Assembly (NCBI GenBank): GCA_965200875.1
Contig: OZ241456.1
Location: 1,408,001 to 1,472,000 of the forward strand
Length of the DNA: 64,000 nucleotides
Origin: Bdellovibrionales bacterium
GTDB lineage: Bacteria; Bdellovibrionota; Bdellovibrionia; Bdellovibrionales; UBA1609
Reading direction: 5' to 3'
In this document: positions 61,982 through 64,000 of the stretch, in pieces
Numbering within the stretch: the first letter of the stretch is position 1
How the letters are laid out: the number at the start of each line of letters is the position of its first letter
Notes under the pieces: generated by a model
Told to the model about the DNA's origin: nothing
Seen by the model: only the letters and a program-made list of their open reading frames with translations
Databases searched by the model: none
Translations under genes and position numbers: made by a program

Positions 61982-62626
61982 TTACATCCATCGGGTAATA
62001 ATTCCAATAACAAAATAGGATGCAGTGGCTTTAGTGATATCCGTGCTAAATTCAAGATTAAGTTCAAACTTGTGAAAATGGATAAAAAAAAGTTCTCCTC
62101 TAATTCCAACAGTAAATCTAAAGGGAAATTGCACTTTGGAAAAGTTTTTTATTCTGATACTACTAGGAAAAGCCAGATAAGGGATAAATGTTCCAACAGC
62201 TGTTCCAAATTCTTTACTGATGAGGGGACGTAAATGAAGGCTAATATAGTGAGTGGTTTTGTTGAAGTAGTTATATGACATTCCTGCAGAAGTTCCCAAG
62301 GCCGGTTGATATTTATAGTCAGGGAATGGCACCCATTTTAAGTGAGCACCCATTATGCCTCCTGAGCTTCCTCCCCCAAGAAGATACCTGATATTTATGT
62401 CTTTTCGGTGCGAGAATCCTTCATCAAGTTGAGCTATGACATTAATATCCAAACCTTTCTCTGCAGAAATCAGCTGAGTGTGCAGTGATATTTCATTCTT
62501 TCCTTTACGAAGAAGTTTACCACTATCCACAAAAGGAACAAGTGCAAAAGCGTGCCCGCTTAAGAACACACAAAGCAAAACTCCCACCCACTTGTAAAGT
62601 TGACTAAAATATAACTTATTCTTCAT
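61982..62626 (-). CDS. Exported beta-rich hypothetical protein (possible outer-membrane barrel)
   Basis: Signal peptide ending HAFA; amphipathic strands. Confidence 0.7.
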   Translation of the reverse strand: MKNKLYFSQLYKWVGVLLCVFLSGHAFALVPFVDSGKLLRKGKNEISLHTQLISAEKGLDINVIAQLDEGFSHRKDINIRYLLGGGSSGGIMGAHLKWVPFPDYKYQPALGTSAGMSYNYFNKTTHYISLHLRPLISKEFGTAVGTFIPYLAFPSSIRIKNFSKVQFPFRFTVGIRGELFFIHFHKFELNLEFSTDITKATASYFVIGIITRWM

Positions 62627-62804
62627 GTTCTTCCTGCTGGTTTAATCATTTTTTCCAAGGGAACAAAAATAACGATTACTTTTAACTCATATCCATCTTG
62701 GCCTTAAAAAGCTGATATTGCAAATCATTTGCCAAGGAAATCTATATTTTTTTAAAGGAAGTTGTGATTTTTTAATGCCTAGTGTATAAATTTATATTAT
62801 ATAT

Positions 62805-62881
62805 GGCGGTCGTAGCTCAGTCGGTAGAGCTCCAGATTGTGGATCTGGCTGTCGCGGGTTCAAGTCCCGTCGATCGCCCCA
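62805..62881 (+). tRNA. tRNA-His(GTG)
   Basis: G-1, anticodon arm CCAGA-TTGTGGA-TCTGG, C73, CCA encoded. Confidence 0.96.
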
Positions 62882-62915
62882 TATATTTTATTTGAAATCA
62901 GTGGGGGATTCAGGC

Positions 62916-64000
62916 TTACATTTTTCTGTAATTAGGACCTGCTCCACCTTCTTTAGGTGTCCAGCGTGGACCTAAAATATCTGTAGCTTTGCAATCCACA
63001 CAATTAGGAGCATTGATGAGCAAATTGCCTTGTTTTCTGTCATAAACCCCAGCAGGACAAAGGCGCGTGTAAAACTCCTGTACTTCTGCCGGCAAATCCA
63101 CTTTGGCTTTTAGATGGGGTGGGATATCGTCTCTGGTTTTGTTGCCTGATAAATAAACTCCCTCTGTTTTGCTTAATGTGTTTTGTGTCTGGCCTGAAGA
63201 AGTACCTCTTTCGGGAGATTTACTTCCTGTTGAAGCTTTTATGGCCAAAGGGGGTTTTCCCTCCGGTGCTTTGCGGGTTTTGAATTTTTCCTCGTCTAGA
63301 TGTAGTTTGTGTTTGTAATCTCCTGGAAAAGCTCCTTTGGTTAAAAACATTATGCCGGATTTTATTAATCCAAAAAAAATATTTTTTTCAAAAGCCTGTC
63401 GAACATTCCTGACAGGATACAGCTCTTTGCCGATACAACTTTTTTGTTTTACCTGTTCATCATAAATTTTTAAAGTGTTGCTTGAAAAATCATCTGCCTT
63501 AAGAGCAGAAAATGCGGTCTTCGCGCTTAAAAGTCCAGCTGTCATGGCGTAGTGGATTCCTTTAAGAGCTGGTACATTCACCATACTGCCAGCATCCCCC
63601 GCAATCAACAAACCATGATCATGCAGATGTTTCGGCATACTGTGATAACCTCCTTCAGGAATGGTTTTGGCACCCCACTCTATACATTTCCCTTTCTTAA
63701 GGATCTGTTTGAAAACAGGATGACTTTTCAGTTCTTGTAATTTGCTGTGCACATCCAGATTTTGCAAAGGAGAGTCCAGCCCCGCCACCAACCCAAGCGA
63801 TATAAGGTTTTCTCCAAGGGGATACATCCAAGTTCCACCAAAACAATCTAGTGGTAAAGGCCACCCCATTGTGTGCCATATTTCATGTTCCCGGTTTGCC
63901 GTTGCTGAAGGAGGCACTTCCCATATTTCCTTTACTCCCAAGGCGTAAGTTTGTGGGTACTTGGAAGAAATTTTTTTCCATTTCATCCAAGCTTGCGAAA
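62916..64000 (-). CDS. Electron transfer flavoprotein-ubiquinone oxidoreductase (5' part outside the window)
   Basis: GVKEIW, HTMGWPL, AKTIPEGG, KGIHYAM, CPAGVY, NCVDCKA, EGGAGPNY. Confidence 0.93.
   Translation of the reverse strand, partial: SQAWMKWKKISSKYPQTYALGVKEIWEVPPSATANREHEIWHTMGWPLPLDCFGGTWMYPLGENLISLGLVAGLDSPLQNLDVHSKLQELKSHPVFKQILKKGKCIEWGAKTIPEGGYHSMPKHLHDHGLLIAGDAGSMVNVPALKGIHYAMTAGLLSAKTAFSALKADDFSSNTLKIYDEQVKQKSCIGKELYPVRNVRQAFEKNIFFGLIKSGIMFLTKGAFPGDYKHKLHLDEEKFKTRKAPEGKPPLAIKASTGSKSPERGTSSGQTQNTLSKTEGVYLSGNKTRDDIPPHLKAKVDLPAEVQEFYTRLCPAGVYDRKQGNLLINAPNCVDCKATDILGPRWTPKEGGAGPNYRKM

Overview
AT-rich bacterial chromosomal segment, most likely from a Bdellovibrionota (Bdellovibrionales-like) genome. 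That assignment is inferred from protein families such as the stand-alone LuxR, ActB/ActC, prepilin-like Cys-rich proteins and a giant lipoprotein. Housekeeping genes include purF, prpD, dsbD, fur, gmk, rpoZ, rel, glyQS, ybeY, murJ, rpsT, hflX, gpmA, corA, grxD, murD, mraY, pgsA and ETF-QO, plus four tRNAs (Arg-CCT, fMet, Pro-GGG, His). An accessory/defence-like patch at about 1.6-10.3 kb holds the best candidate for a new system: a HipT-like kinase gene followed by one 806-aa protein fusing a HipA-N/HipS-like domain, an XRE HTH and a DUF4209-type HEPN domain, under a promoter covered by two palindromic operators. Other notable signals are two Rpn copies with a strong internal RBS (candidate intragenic antitoxin; the second copy has lost its nuclease), broken conserved operons, many apparently leaderless genes, in-frame insertions in conserved enzymes, a dispersed palindromic MITE-like family, and a poly-C tract before a prepilin-like Cys-repeat protein. 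All family assignments come from motif recognition by eye; no searches were run.
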